From Hydrolagus affinis (lineage: Eukaryota): a stretch of DNA of 64,000 bases. The DNA lies in assembly GCA_012026655.1 (NCBI GenBank), contig JAAILG010000010.1:62001-126000 (forward strand), in the 5' to 3' direction. The translations under genes and the position numbers were made by a program. The notes under the pieces were generated by a model. The model made no database searches, was not told the origin of the DNA, and saw only the letters and a list, made by a program, of their open reading frames with translations. Below are positions 41,601-56,600 of the stretch, piece after piece (within the stretch, counting starts at the first letter, position 1; every line of letters starts with the position of its first letter).

Positions 41601-44600
41601 ACAGAAAAAATCATGCTAATGCATGAGTGTTTATAACCGATTATTACTATAGCTGGTTTGTATTTTGTATGATGACCCATTTGCCACACAGTTTCCATCT
41701 ATGCCATGAGCTTATTCACAATTAGTTCAGAGAACTGGTACTCTACTTTTGCTCCATCATACTCTACTGCCACAATAAAGACTATTGAATTAGTTTCACA
41801 TTGAATTTTTTTTAACAGTAAACTTCCAGCAAGTGCCCTGGTACCAGGGTTGAACTGCAACTATTGTACTTGATACTCATTTAATGCATACGAATGAATG
41901 CTTATTACTGTACATCATATATTATATATAAACATGCACATTTTATCTAACTGCATTCAAGTGCCTTCATTATTAATTTTGATCAATGAAATGCATTTTT
42001 TTTTTTTTAAATAGCTGATCTTACGGAGTTCAATTTGAAGAATTTAACAATTCCTGAAGAGTTTGTGTGTTTTGCTTTTTTATTCAGCACATCTATATTC
42101 CTAATAAGGTGACACTTGAATTCATCTGTGTGTAAAATGTCACAGAGAAAAAATGCTGCTACACAGTCAGCATCTGACACTGCTTGTTATAAGCTAGTAA
42201 ATACAAGATTGGTTTACAATCAGAACCAGTGTGAATTTATTACATGAGTAATGATTGGATTTACTATGAAAAGAAACTACAAGCATTTTCTCTATGGTAA
42301 GCCATGAAAGACTTTACACAGGGAACATGTGAATTGAATCTATATTTCTTAGAAAATACAGCAGTGAGAACAATTGTAGCACAACCACTGAGTTAATCAT
42401 ATTCTCAAAACCCTAACTTGTTTGTACCATATTTGTACAGTCTTGATTAAGGGAAGCATAGAATTCATACAATTAGACATTAATGGATAAGAGACTGTCC
42501 CAAACCTAGTAGAAATACAAGCTGCTTACTTTAGTTTTAAAATATAGTATTTAACTAATGATGCATTATGCAGAGCATATGCACAAATCACAATTCTGTG
42601 CTCTAAATTGGACCACAACAACGGAAAAAACATGACTTTAATAAAGGCAAGCAGCATTTTGACTTATGCTCAAAGCATTTTGAAGCTTTGGATCCGCACC
42701 AGTTTTCATAAGAAAGCCAAACCAAAGTGGTCAAATAAGTACAAAAAACAAGTTTAAATTAGACTTGCTGTACTGTAAAAGATATTTGGCATCAATGTCA
42801 CACTTTAAAGGTTATCACAAATAAAACGACTGAGTACATTCCTTGGGAGTCAGCACTTCAGTAATCCATTTCAAACAGCAAATCTATGATCTGCTTCTTT
42901 CTGATGTCCCAATATGATTCATTTTTTATGGCAATATCCAAAAAAATTAACCCTTAAGGGGTCCACCAAAATGGCAGGGAAACTTTGCAAATTTTCATCT
43001 CACTTAAGAAAATTCTGCAATATGCAATATTCGAGAAACGAAGTTACTCCAGTGTCAGGAGTATTTATTTCAGTAATTTTAGCCCCAAATATGTATTACG
43101 GGTAGGAATTTCCTTTCAGGCTTCTTAAGATCTTCTGCAAAATGAAGCCCATTATAAATCTTATTCCTGCTAAATAATGTTGATTACCCTTCACCTGATA
43201 CTGGATGTAGAACTGAATGATTTCACTTCCCCCATCATGACTACCCACAATCACAAGAATGATTTGGATGATGAAGACACTTGGTCCCATCTGATCTCAT
43301 CTCTCTCAGTATCTACCCTACCATCTTTCCATGACAATGTCAAGCTGCTTTTTAAAAAGGGAGTCCAGCGTCCTGGCTATCATTCTTCCTTCATCAGATC
43401 AAAAGATGGGATGGTAATATAATAAATTATAATTCTTGCATATGATGTAGCACTTTTCATGTCTTCTACTGTCTCAAAGCACTTCACATAATATTCTCTA
43501 AAATGAACTGACTATATATTTGTGGGTGCAACACAGCAGCATATTGTGCACAGCAGTATCCCACAAACAGTCATGAAATGAGTGACTAAATTATTATTGT
43601 TTTTTTTTCTTGAGGGATTATTATCAGGAGTGTGGAGTTAGGAAATTTGCCCAAGGTTTCATCTTTCTGGGAATCAAACCCAGATCTCATGATTGCAAAG
43701 CGAGTGGTCTAACTACTGAGCTATAGGACTCTACTGCAACAGTGGGATGTAGATGACTCTGCAGCTACCATGACCAAGTGAGATGATGCTATTTTAGGGC
43801 TAAAAAAGTCTCTGCCTTTCTTCTGTTATGTTAAAGTCATCTTTAGACCTATCTTTTTGTCTGTGCTTTTGGTCACCCTCCACACTGCTTGGGCTTCCAG
43901 TTAGCTGTATGAGGAGTGCTGAGACATCCTCCTGATGTGAAAAAAAACTGTAGAGACGTAAATTCTTGTTGTTTATCTTAGATTATATTTGGTCCCCTAA
44001 ACAAGGCATGACAGCACTTTCATTTTACCTCTGTCCTGTTGCTTGATGCTCTCTGAGCTGAAGAAGAGACTCCTCATATCCCTGCTCTTTCTTTTTGATC
44101 TGCTCTTTGAGTATCTCTGCAGATTGCTCCATCTCTTCCATCTGTGTCTTGTAGGACTCAATCACATTTTCCCTAAAGATCACACGAGAGCATTAATGAA
44201 TGTTCCAGACAGTAGGTGCTGATCGATACATTGCCCGTAATGAGAATATTGTTTCATCAAAACAAATTTACATTGTATAATGTGTCATTCATAAGTTGTT
44301 TTCACTTTAATGTCTCAGTAAATTCCTTACTTGATTTCAGTAAGGAAATCAACACCAAATCTCAACTTATTTTTCTACACAAAACAAAACAGAGTTATCA
44401 TCCCATTGAAATGTCTTTCAAGCGATAGTTCTCATGCTAAAGAAAACTTTTTGTCCAATGAGTATTTAAATAAATTTGGCTCAGTTGTCAGCTAGAAACC
44501 TGTTCTTTGTCGAATGAGGATTTATTTTCTTTATCTTTAAGAATTTATTAATTATGCATTTCAACGGACACATTAAAGGTTTTACACTTACTATAAACAT

Positions 44601-47600
44601 AGTTTATAATTGATGTACTGGAAATAAATGCTCTCCTTAAAAACAAGTAAAGATCTCTGTGTAAATTTAACATTTCATTTAAGTGCCAATTGCTTCAAAA
44701 ATTACTGTATGAATATTTTCTACATATTGATGCTTTTCCTTTTTACTTGAAGCTAGTGGTCTTACAATTTCAAGGATTTATTGGTGAAAACTGGTGATAC
44801 TGAACATCACAGCAACTGCATGTATAAACTCATAATAGCGTTTTTTACAACACCAGTAATATTTCTGGTTCAAAGTTTAAAAAAATGAACAAGATAACAA
44901 TTCAAATTTTTCCAGGAATTGCTGTGAGTCAAAGTAATGGCTTCATACATTTTTCATATTCTATTTTACATTATTCAGCATTAAAAATTTACAGAAATAA
45001 TTTTGGTTGATGTTGCAGCATGAAAATCGTGAATGTTGCAAAGTACGAGGAGCACTGAAAGAGCTCTGAACTGTTGGTATATTTTACTGACAAAATTAAT
45101 GTCTACTTTTCAATATCTATTTTTGATTTTAAACTAAAAATGCTTCATTTTGGCCCATGTGACATCACCGGAGAAACTGCTGATCAGAAGATACTGAACC
45201 CAAGAGTAGGAATGGAGATGGTATCCACATATCCAAGGTTAAAAACTACCAATAAAACTGATGATCATTGCATATGCTTTCAAAGGTGAAAACCACACTG
45301 CCCTATCTACATTAATGAGATACTTGGATGGTTTCCAAAACTGAGTTCTATTTAGGTTGTGATGTAAACATGACAAAATACTTCAAAAAAAAATTAGTTG
45401 TTTTCCAAAACCCAGAGAAAAGCATCATGGCATACTGTACATGATAGTGTAATTCTGTAATTTATCATCCTTTAGTGGTACAGAAGAATGTAATGCAACA
45501 ACACTTAACCATGAATAATAAAGTTGCACAACATGCAACATTTCCTATGTCAATGATTTTGCATTGAACATATGATAAAAGAAGACAGAGCTGGAACTCC
45601 ACAGCAGCTCTATCTCTGTCTTTGAGATGCTGATGCCTGTGTACTTCCAGCATTGTCTATTTTTATTTCTTATTTTAGGCATTTGAGATTTCTCTTCTTT
45701 TCTCATCTCAACACAACACTATCATGTTGTGTCTGGATCAAGAGTATATCACAGGATGTTTCCATCTCAACTAACTAATTCTATGTATTCATAGTTACTA
45801 TGCACCAAACCACCTGCTGATACTGTATGTATCAATAAAGTAAATGTATTTTGAGGAAGTCATGTAATATTTTCATTAGTAATTATTGCCACTTGCTCCA
45901 TGGGCTCCAGAGTTTCACTTGGGCAAACCGTCATTTCTTCTGTGTAACTCTAAGCAGCTAGTGTTGTCAGCCTGCTCAGTTCCAGATCTGGGAGTAGGAT
46001 GGGGTTCCCACACCCCGTTCAATGAATTCATATGTACTTTTGCAGCATAAGTGAATGGATAGTGATCATGACTCAGAAGCCTGGCTGAGTGTTCCTCTCC
46101 TCAGCCTGGGGACTCTGAGGTCAATGACCCCCAGCTGACTTCAACTAATTCAGTTTTGAGGAACGATTCAACCTGGGGCCTTCTTGCTCTTCGTGGCTTT
46201 GAACTACAACACTGTGGATATACCCTCTGAGCTACTGGGTCATCACTTTAAAATCCACTGTCAGCAATATTATAATGAAAACCATGTATGCCTTTCACGT
46301 TGGAAGGACATCTCAAAGCGTCTCACACCACTGGTGGGGAGTGCTAAAAGATAGATCTTCAGATGAGTTCTGATTGTGGAGAGGGAGGTCCAGCATCTAT
46401 GGTAGAATGACTGAAAGACTAATTCTAATTAAATTAATTATACAGGATCTCAACTCAAAACACACTGTTTAAATTTTATATTGTTCATTTCAGTAAATTA
46501 ATATTTTGTAGAATTCATTTTTTTCACCCACAAAATATAGTGAATTACTTTATAGTATATTCTACAAACTGCTTTGAGTTATCTCAACAACGTGATAAGG
46601 CACTATATCAAATGCAAGAATTATTATCATTAGCTCCTGTGATGTTGCTTGCAGGCAAAATGTTTCTTGAACACTGAGCAGAATACTGCAAATTGGAGCG
46701 ACAGGAATCAGGTTTAGGTTCCATAACTGCAAAATTAAACAACCAAGTATATTCTAAGAACAACCAAATACAGGAAAACATACTGTATCTGGTTTCCTTC
46801 AGACATCTGATCTTTACCCCAGTGAAGTGGGAACATTTTGCCTCAGTATCCAAAGCTCTGGTGCCACACGATAGCTAAGCAATAATAATTAATTGTTGTT
46901 TGTGATTTTATTTTAATAATCTCATACCACTCACTGCAGGTCTTTCACTATTATAAATTCAGATATATTTTTGTTTTAGAAAAAGAAGTTACCATTTTTG
47001 GATTATTACACTTCAGTGGGTTTTCTGTTAATGTGAACAATGCCACGGTCGAATGAAACAACTAACTACTCAACAAAAGGACATTATGACGCAGCAAATA
47101 TTGACTGTGACGTGGTTAAGAAGAACCAATAACCAATTGGAAAGCAAAGCAACACATCCACACACCAACACAATCTTTTTAATTAATGATAAATGTGCTG
47201 CTTCAATTCACTTTTCCCCTTCTATCCATTCGTCTACCGGGGTGTGGCTCCATGGATGCTCGTCACCCTGCCTTGCCTCAAACAAATTACCATTATTTAG
47301 TTGCAAGTTTGGCATTGATATTGGGTGCTAGCAAGTTATTGAATGGATAGGCAATGGTAGTGGTGGTGGTGGGGAGTGGTTGTGGGGGGGGTGGTGGTGG
47401 GGCGGGTGCAGAAAGAGAGGTAATCAGCCTTCTAAATATCATTATACTGTACAACGATGCATTAATAAATCACCAGATTAAGTAACAAATGTAAACCAAT
47501 TGACCTAACCTACCCCCATGAATATCCTCCAGATCTTATTGGTTATTTGATGATATAATTTTTTTAAATGATTGAACTGAAATCCAGGAACTTCGAAGTG

Positions 47601-50600
47601 AGAGAAATGATCACATTTCTAATTCAATACGAAAGCAATTAAGTGCTTGATAACAATCCCAGGTAGCTTGCTATGCAATAAAGTGAAACTTGATAAGCAT
47701 TAAGGATAGCCTTTTGAACCAAGAGATCTTTGTATATCAAATCTTAGAAATAGATATTGAAAATTAAATTATGCCAACACTGGGATCTATCCCAACTATT
47801 TTTTATGGATTCTTAGGGAAGGGAAGAGGAAATAAAAGAGCTCCATCTGAAATCTGCAGTTGCTTGAGGAGTGAATAGCGCTTTACATTGGTGACAAGCA
47901 CACAATTAGGTGTCTGGGAACTATACTCTGATCAATTTGGTACTGATAGTTGAAGAATTATTTCAGATAACTAGAAGTTATAAAAAATATAAATTATAAT
48001 TCTAGCATTTGTTATGGTGCCCTATCCTGATTTTGAGATGTTTCAAAGCGATTCACAGCGATTAAGTGAAATGAATTGGCCGTATATTTTGTGGGTGAAA
48101 TTATTGTATCTTTTTTGTTTACTCTTATCATTTCAAGTTCTTAGATCTTTATATTAATTTAGCGATTATAGCAATAAGATAGAAATGCAGATTAAAAGCA
48201 GAATATTTCAGTTTCTTAAGGTCACAGATTCTGCAGGAAACCAAAATGAGAATATTCAGAGATGGAAATTCAAAACTTTAACAAATGGTACGTTATATAA
48301 TTGTGGCAAAATCAAGAGATGTAAAATCAGTAAGTAGTACTGTACTGTGATGAAGATAAGAAATAACGTTTTATTTCTGTAAAGTGAGAAGACAGCAAAA
48401 CACCAAAAACTTGGAATTGCTTCAAAAACACATCAATACATTGGAAAAGGTGCTACTAAGGATTACATGAGAAAGGACAGAGATTGCTAGTTAGATTAAA
48501 AAAACAGTTATTGGATTTGAAGAAAAATATTAAAATGCAATATGAATCAGGTTTCTAGAATAATGGGGGAATTAGACAAAGTGGATGTTAATTTAATTAA
48601 ATCCAGAATGTATGGAAGCAGCAACATCTCAATATCTGAAAACTATAAACCAAACAGGAAATAAGACTGAACTTCCATCTTAGAGCTCTTAACTTGTCAT
48701 GTAAATATTTATGTAGAAGAATGAATACTTTCATTATTCACAACCTATGTGGAGTGCTTTGTCCAATCTTTCAAATGGAATCCCCATTAATTTTTGCTAT
48801 GAAAGAATCAATTAATCTTAAAAGATTAAAAATTAAGAATGCTAATAAACTATCACCAGCCTAATCTATTACTTAGAAAATTGCATTATTTTACATTTAC
48901 ATCAAGCAAAACTTTTGATGAAGGTTTTTTGGGTCCAAAGTGAACATTATTAATCACAAATCAAAAATTAGGTAGATTTTCAATCTTAAGTATATTCAGA
49001 AATTACTTTATTGGAGGTTTGTATTCAATATTAATAATGATTGGTAAAGTACTGTCTAACTGGGAAAATTAGATGCTAAAGGGTTTAAATAATTCTATTC
49101 AAAGTCACTTATTAAAAAATGTGTTTAGCTGTGTTTTAAATCCTATTCATTATTTACATATGTTCTTAACATATTGATCGGAATGCTTTATTGGTTTATT
49201 CTTCCACACTCAAATTCAATGGAGCAAGAATAATTTCCTATGAATACAGTACTTATGCACTTTAAGTACAATTTTAAGCACATTTTAACAGGTTCTATAG
49301 AGCAAGAGAAACTTACAGATTTCGTATTTCAGCTCTGGCTACTTCAAGTAAGCTGTGTCCATATCTAGGCTGTAAGGTTTTGGTATACTTTGCTGCTGGC
49401 TCTGGCTCTTGAACTCGGATTCCTAACAAAAAGCAAAGATTAAAGATTACAACAACAAAATTACATTTAGAGTGCCTTTCACATTGGGAGGTTAAAAAGA
49501 TGAGATTAAAAAAACAACGGATCTACGTTACCTTAATACCAAAATTTGTTCTTATGGTGTCTGTGAGTTAGGTGTACGAGTTGCATATGAAGTGAGATTG
49601 TGCAGTCTCAACTCTGTTCCTAGTTGCACATGTTCATAGCACAAATTATCCCCCAAATTGAATGGAAATGGAAACAGTAACACCTGTGCAGTAGAGATGC
49701 TCTTTCACGATTTGGGGTAAATTACAGATAGCTTTATTCTGTGTTTGATCTCCAAGAGCTGGGAAAGGTTGGTGCTAACATTGGGTGTCTGACATGTGAA
49801 AACGTTAAAAAATTACTAATAAATATCTAGTTAATGAGACTATTCAATCTTAACTAAGCAGAATTCAAGTCCCCTTTCTTGAACAGTCAGTTATTCAGAA
49901 GGCTTTGATGCTTTCTTAAAACAAAAGTCATAAATTGTAGAATATTTTGTGCTTTCTCTGTGCATAGGTATTCGTACCTGGTTCCTCATACTTTAATCTT
50001 CAAATACCTTCTGAAGGTTTAAATTTATATTTATGTATCTTTCCTGGGTAATGAAAGTTTCAGTTCTTACTTTATAAGATAAAAATACACTAAACTGTAT
50101 TGGAAAGATTGCAATAAAGTATCGCCCATTTTTATCTCGATTGAACAATAAAAGCTTTCTGACATGTGAACCAAAGCCATCAGATCCTCATAATAACAAA
50201 AACATTTTTTCCACATTATGTTTCACATGTTTCTTAACGTGGCTGTTTGGACCTCACAGCTTCCCTGGTGTGAGAATGCTAAGAATAAAGTTGCACATAG
50301 AACTGATCATGTCACCATCTGCTAATCTGGAAACACTTAACTTCTACTCTGGTTTCTTGAGCGAGTATAAAGGTCAAGTGCAATTGGCACTGAGATATAA
50401 AGAGTATGAATATCTTGTGATCAGTCTCATCAGTATTATAGAAGAAATCTGTTCTCATCACTATTTCTGTTGATAATTGGAACAATCTTTTAAGTGAAAT
50501 AAAGAAAGTGGAACAGGGGTGTTTAAACTCTACTTTTACAAATATCCCTCATGTTCTTTTGGATTACACTTAAACTGTTGAAATGTTAAATATGGTTTGA

Positions 50601-53600
50601 ATGTGAGGTAATTTAGAATTAAAATCCCCCAAAAAGTCATTCAAATAAGAAATGAAAATAGGATGAGGTATGCTTTTAGACACTGTTATGACAAAATTTA
50701 CTTCTCATATTTTATTTTTCCTAGACGAATGATCGCAAATATACTCATAAACACGTTGTTTCTCATCTCTTGATTCTGCCTTTGTAAATACCTAGAATAA
50801 ATATGATAATAAAATTACATTTGTATAGCGCATTTCACGTCGGGAGGACGTCCCAAGGCGGTGGATACCTCCATCTGGGGAGCCAGCCAGCAGATTCAAG
50901 ATCTTTGGGATGTCCTCCTGACATGGAAAGCACTTTATAAATGTAAATTTATATTGTTGTGTATGTGGTGTGTATGGTTGATCTGCATGTGGGGTGTGTG
51001 TGTGTGGGGTGTGTGGTTGGTTGTGCGTGTGAGGTGTGCCTGTGGGGAACGGTGGCAGTCTTCTGATACGTAAAACACTTCAGCTATTTGAATGCTTAAA
51101 TGTTTATATTTTACTGGAATACTGAATAAAAGATGAACAGCAGCAGTTAAAAGAGGTTGAGAAAGTTACAAATAAAACCAGAAGTCACTGGGAACACTCA
51201 GCAGGTCAGGCAGCATCTATAAAGAGGGGAAAGTGAATTAACATTTCAGGTTGATGACCTTTCGTCAAAACAGTGACTGCTGTTTTTACTTTAGATTTCC
51301 AGTGTCCGTAGTGTTTTGCTGTTTGTTTAAGGAAAATTACAACTGTTTGGAAAAGTAATATCACTGCTTCTTAATAAGTTATACTTAGGAAATGGCTTCA
51401 AATGGGTCAAATGAGTCCTGAAATTGATTCACGTCCTAAAAAAGTAAATATCTTCACAATGCAGATATTCAAATTGGTGGACCTCTTTGCTTCATAAGCA
51501 TGCCCACCAAAATATGCAGAATAAATGCACAATGTATACAGTAATGTGGACTCTCATACTGTGTAAACAGAAGCCTTGGTTTGACAGGATTTAATGTAAC
51601 AGTATTAATCAATACCTTCCATTCAACGTATCGTTTGAAAACATGTTCAACCTGGCTGTTTAATACCTCTTTTAAGATTCTCCCGCATGGAAGTAACCTC
51701 ATTGACCCTTTTCAGGCCGGTGTTTATGCGGGATTGTACGTAGTTGTATGGGGTTTGTCTACGCCCTTGGACTTGGAGTTGCTGTTTACAAGCCACCAGC
51801 CGATTCCTCAGCCCCTCATTCTGTTTCTCCAGTTCACAAATTTTTTCCTGTAGTTCCTCAATCATTTCTTCCATCTCAATGTCCCTTCCCATCCGCTTGG
51901 TGCCGCCACTCTCCAGCTCAGACCTCTTCCTGTCAGTGACAAGCCTAATGAGCTTGGTGGCCATCCTAACAGGATAGGAATGTGAAAAGTCAGCAAAAGT
52001 ACTTCGTTGAAAGGGACATAAACACTGTTAAAGGCTCTAGTGCGGAACCTGAATAATACATTTCAGATTTTGATATAACTATTACTGCCTGCAAAGAGTG
52101 CTTTGAAGTTAATCAAAACCACAGAACAGCAATCTGCTTTATAACACTGACAAATAACAGTTTCCTAAGGTTTATCATTCTAGCTGAGCTCACAAGCAAC
52201 ACATACTTACTCCATATGCTCTGAGAAGAACAAAAATCAAAGAAAGTTATATGCGAAGCACACCATAAGTGGCTAAGAATAGTTCCAAGCAGGGAGCGTT
52301 GGAAGAACATATAGTTTGCATCTCGTACCTGCATATTGTATGTTCCTATTGTACTTTAATACAGACAGCATCAATAATGTAAAACTATTCAACCTCACTT
52401 AAACATATGGTACTATAAAGCTTAGGTGGTCTTTAATAAAACCCAACCAATATGGAAAGCATTATTAAGTATTACAATTTCTATCTTTAGCTTTGCTTTA
52501 CAACCTTAAATGAAACAATTGCAAAACTAGATTTGAACAAATAATGACTTTCAGACACAGTTTCTTTTTAATTCAAGACAGGCATCGGGGTTTTCATCTT
52601 TTTAAAAAAAATTGACCCAGAATCTACTGTTGGCATATGATCAACTGTACCTTTGATTCCATGCAGTTTTGATGTATGCTGCTAACTGGGAACAAAAGTC
52701 TATCAAAGGACATATGAGGATGATGTAATATGGCATAAAGGAAAACATGCATATCAGTGAATGGAAAATAATTTGGCACTGAAAGAAAGGAAAGGTGGCT
52801 TTGATGAGTAGGACAAATTACAGACCCTCCAAAATTGGTCACACATCTTTCATAACAAGCTGGATTTTGCAGTGAGGCTGTCATGTGCACAAAACAGTAC
52901 CTTTGTTTCATTTGTTGAAGGTGGACAAATTGCTACTACTGCATGTATCAGGTTCTGGATATACGCAAGGCAAATGGAAATATAAATGTACTTTGATATA
53001 GAGAAGGGCAAAACATGTTAGATTATTTTTGCACTAAAAAAATCATTAATGTTCGATAAGCTCATTCTTTTTTTCAAAACATGTTTTTGATAAATACAGA
53101 CAGGAAGCTTATAGACATAAAGGAATTGATATTCAGGATCAGTAATGGAAAACTTCAGTTCACCAGATTGGATGGAATTTATTTGACTTTACTTCCAGTT
53201 TAACTCTTTGAATGCGCCACTCAGTTGATAGTTCAATGGATTTACCCTTTAAACAGCATGAGCAAATGTTATATATTTTGTAAGTGGTTATGCAAACATA
53301 CAACTTTTTAATGTAATAATACTGTTTGACAGTCTGCATGGAAAAGGAAGTTGGTGTCACACATTTCAATCAATCAGCTCAGACATGCTAAAGCTACTTC
53401 CCAATGGCTATTAGTATTTTAATCTATATATTACTTCAAATTGTAGCTCTGCAATCCCTATTTTAGTGAGAAAGAAGCATTCAAAAGGCATGTTCAATGC
53501 TGCTTTGGGACTTACTAACAGGACCTATATTTTTTAACAAAAACAGAGATCACTGGGAACACTCAGCAGGTCAGGCAACATCTATGGAGAAAGAAAAGTG

Positions 53601-56600
53601 AGTCAAAGTTTTAGGTCCACAACCTTTCGTCAGAACCCGTGGATCCAAACGTTGACTCACTTTTCCTTTCTCCATAGATATTGTCTGACCTGCTGAGTGT
53701 TCCCAGCGATATCTGTTTTTGTTTCAGATTTCCAGCATCTGTAGTATTTTGCGTTTTTGTCTATACTTTTGCATTTGTGGCTGATGCTGACAGATTTCTG
53801 CCCTTCCTTCTCCCTGTGACTGAGATTCACTGCTTTGGCACTGGCCAGTATTCTACCCAGCAGCCACACAAATACTCCCCCAAATCCTTCCAACCACAGT
53901 TGCCAACAGACCTAAGATAAATTCAGGTACAAAAATGCAAATCTATTTTACTGACCCAGATAAACCGTTAGAAAAAAATCATTCGGAAACACACTGAAAA
54001 CATTCCAAAACAATTGTTTTGGTTTGTCGTTCTAGAATTTAATTTAGTTTCAACTGGCTTTTTAACAAAAAATTGCACTTGTTCTTTTCTTACCCTTTGA
54101 GCTTTGGGCCTGGTGTTGTAAATAGCAGGCAAAGGTTCAGTGCTGGCGTTTACTTTACAGAACCAGGAAATTACATTGTAGAAGAGAAGATTTGAGGAGC
54201 GGGTGGGCAATACATTTTACTGAACTGGGGAATTGTGCAGAATTTACACACAGAACAAAATTGCTTATTTTTAACTAAATATCAGTAAATGGACTAAATT
54301 TTAGTGATACACAAGTGACAGACTGCTCAACCAGCACCAGCTCATCTCAGACCCTGAATCTGAGCCTGCTCACCCAACCTCCGCCAAGTGCCTGCATCAG
54401 TCACAAGTTAGGGCGGGAAGCTTCTGCGGTTCCGGATGTCATTTTCTAAGACAAGGTATCTGATCAATTTTAAACTATAAGGACTTACAAGAATTTCTAC
54501 AGTGCAACAAGTTGCATGTTAAGCACAGTGACGTGTAAACCGAGTTTATTTGGGAAATGGAGTGATATTCAAGGCAAGACAAGTTAAGTGATAATGATTA
54601 GTTAAGTCAACAACAACAAATTACATTTACAGAGTGTCCTTCACATTGGGAGGACGTCCCAAGTCAAGGTCAATCCATTCAGAGTTTTCACTCATTTTTG
54701 AACTAAAATGCGTCAATTTCAAACAGGATTGTGTATCACATTAATTTATAGGAATTATGCACCAATGGCAGAATTATGTCAGAAAGTTCCAATGAGTCTG
54801 CATGATGTACATATATGTACTGTAATGAAGGAACCACCATAATTTAAAGCGTAATGACTAGAATATTCCAGTTGCCACCCGATTCATCTGAATCCTGAAA
54901 TAACTACTAGACTACAACTTTCACTTGAATCCGATCACTTTGTTAATAGAAACAAAAACTATAAAGAATGAAAGAAATGCCCCAGCAACAAAGAAAGTAC
55001 AAGCCAGTAAATGCAAAAGATGTTTCCACAAACAAGGATATCCATCATCTGTCCAAAAGAACAATTTATATCAGACAACAAGTTGTATTTCTCCTGCTTT
55101 ATTTGCTCGTGTTGTGGTCACATTACAACAGGCACTGAGCTGTATCAAGTAGAAGCAGGTCTGTAGTCACAGGCCTCTGACGCTGCAGGCACTGTAGATT
55201 CCATCCAGTGTACTTTGTGGCCGGAATCCACAACATTGGCGGCAACATGGAAACAGCTGTGCCTGTGCGAACTCCCACAAGTAGAACCGTTTCCAAACCG
55301 TGACTTTGCTCTCTGCCTGCAAACTTTCACTGCTGTGCGAGTATGTAACGTGGTTAACCCACCATTGACGGATCTAAAGAGACTTACAATTTAAATAGTA
55401 TCATGGGAATTTAATGCCAACCTGGACAGATGGGAGCCTCATCTCATCTGAAAAACAGTACCTTCAACAATACAATACTTCCTCCAGTGATACACTGCAG
55501 TATCAATCTAGACGATGAGCATAACTTCAAATATAGGGCTGAATCAGAGGTGAAACTGATAACCAACTGAGGCAAGCTGACACTTACCCGAATGAAGCTA
55601 CTGTATCTTGAAATTAAGGTAAAATGGTGGCTGATTTTTCAGTTTATGGTTGTTTTAGGAAGATTTAAACAAAATTGTAATCTCAAACAAACCACAATGC
55701 TAAATGTATATTCGCAGAGCTACAGGATAAATCAGGGTTGGGACTCTTTTAAAGGGCCAGCACAGGCATGAAGGGCCAAATAGCCTCCTTTTGTGCTGAA
55801 AGATTCTATGATACAGTACCATGATTAGAAGCATTTGCAAAGATAAACTTCAGGGTGATGGGGAATTTAAACATAAGCATCAAATTCCCAAACTCCACAT
55901 TTTCGTAGTTAGGATGGGATTCTTTGTAATTGCATTTTGCTATGGGGCACCTGAATCTCCTTTCAGTCTAATGCAAGATTCCTTTCCTTTTCCCAAGTTA
56001 TGTTCAATGTTACTCAATGGGAATCAGAGCAGAGATGCTTTCTACAATTACTCATGATAACAATATACACCAGCAGATAACAAGAAGCATAATTTCCTTC
56101 AAATATTAAACAGAACTGGACTTATATTTTAATATTACAATGAATCAAAATTGGTTACAGCTTTTAAGGAATTTTTCTTTCTTAAAGGTTAAACCTGTAA
56201 CACATATTGGAAATGATAAGTAACTAACTTTTTGAAAATAAAAAATAAGATCGGCAAAGTTGCTAAAAAAACAAGATGAGCTCTTAGCTTTATTAGCTAG
56301 CTGGTATGGAATGAGAAGCACACTCATTGAGATAAAGCAAGGATAATAGAAGTGCAGAACCTTTTAATTTTGTCTTCTTGCTTCCTTGCATGCTGTTTGA
56401 GCAAAAAGTTTTCATCGTGAAGGCGGAGAAAGCGATCCTCCAGCTCTTCGCGGCTGATGCGAGACACTGCCTGGCGCGCTCTGGCATTCTGTGCAGCAGA
56501 TGATTCTGTGATTAGAATCAAGAAGAGACATAGAGAGAAAGAAAAAATGAATCAGTTCATACCGCAATTACATTGTCCTATTGGATCTTGTATTAAAGGA

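Noticed and set aside
50745-50791. Possible extra RPGRIP1L exon after ttattctag
   Set aside because: The required phase-1 frame hits TGA, and the flanking exons already join correctly.
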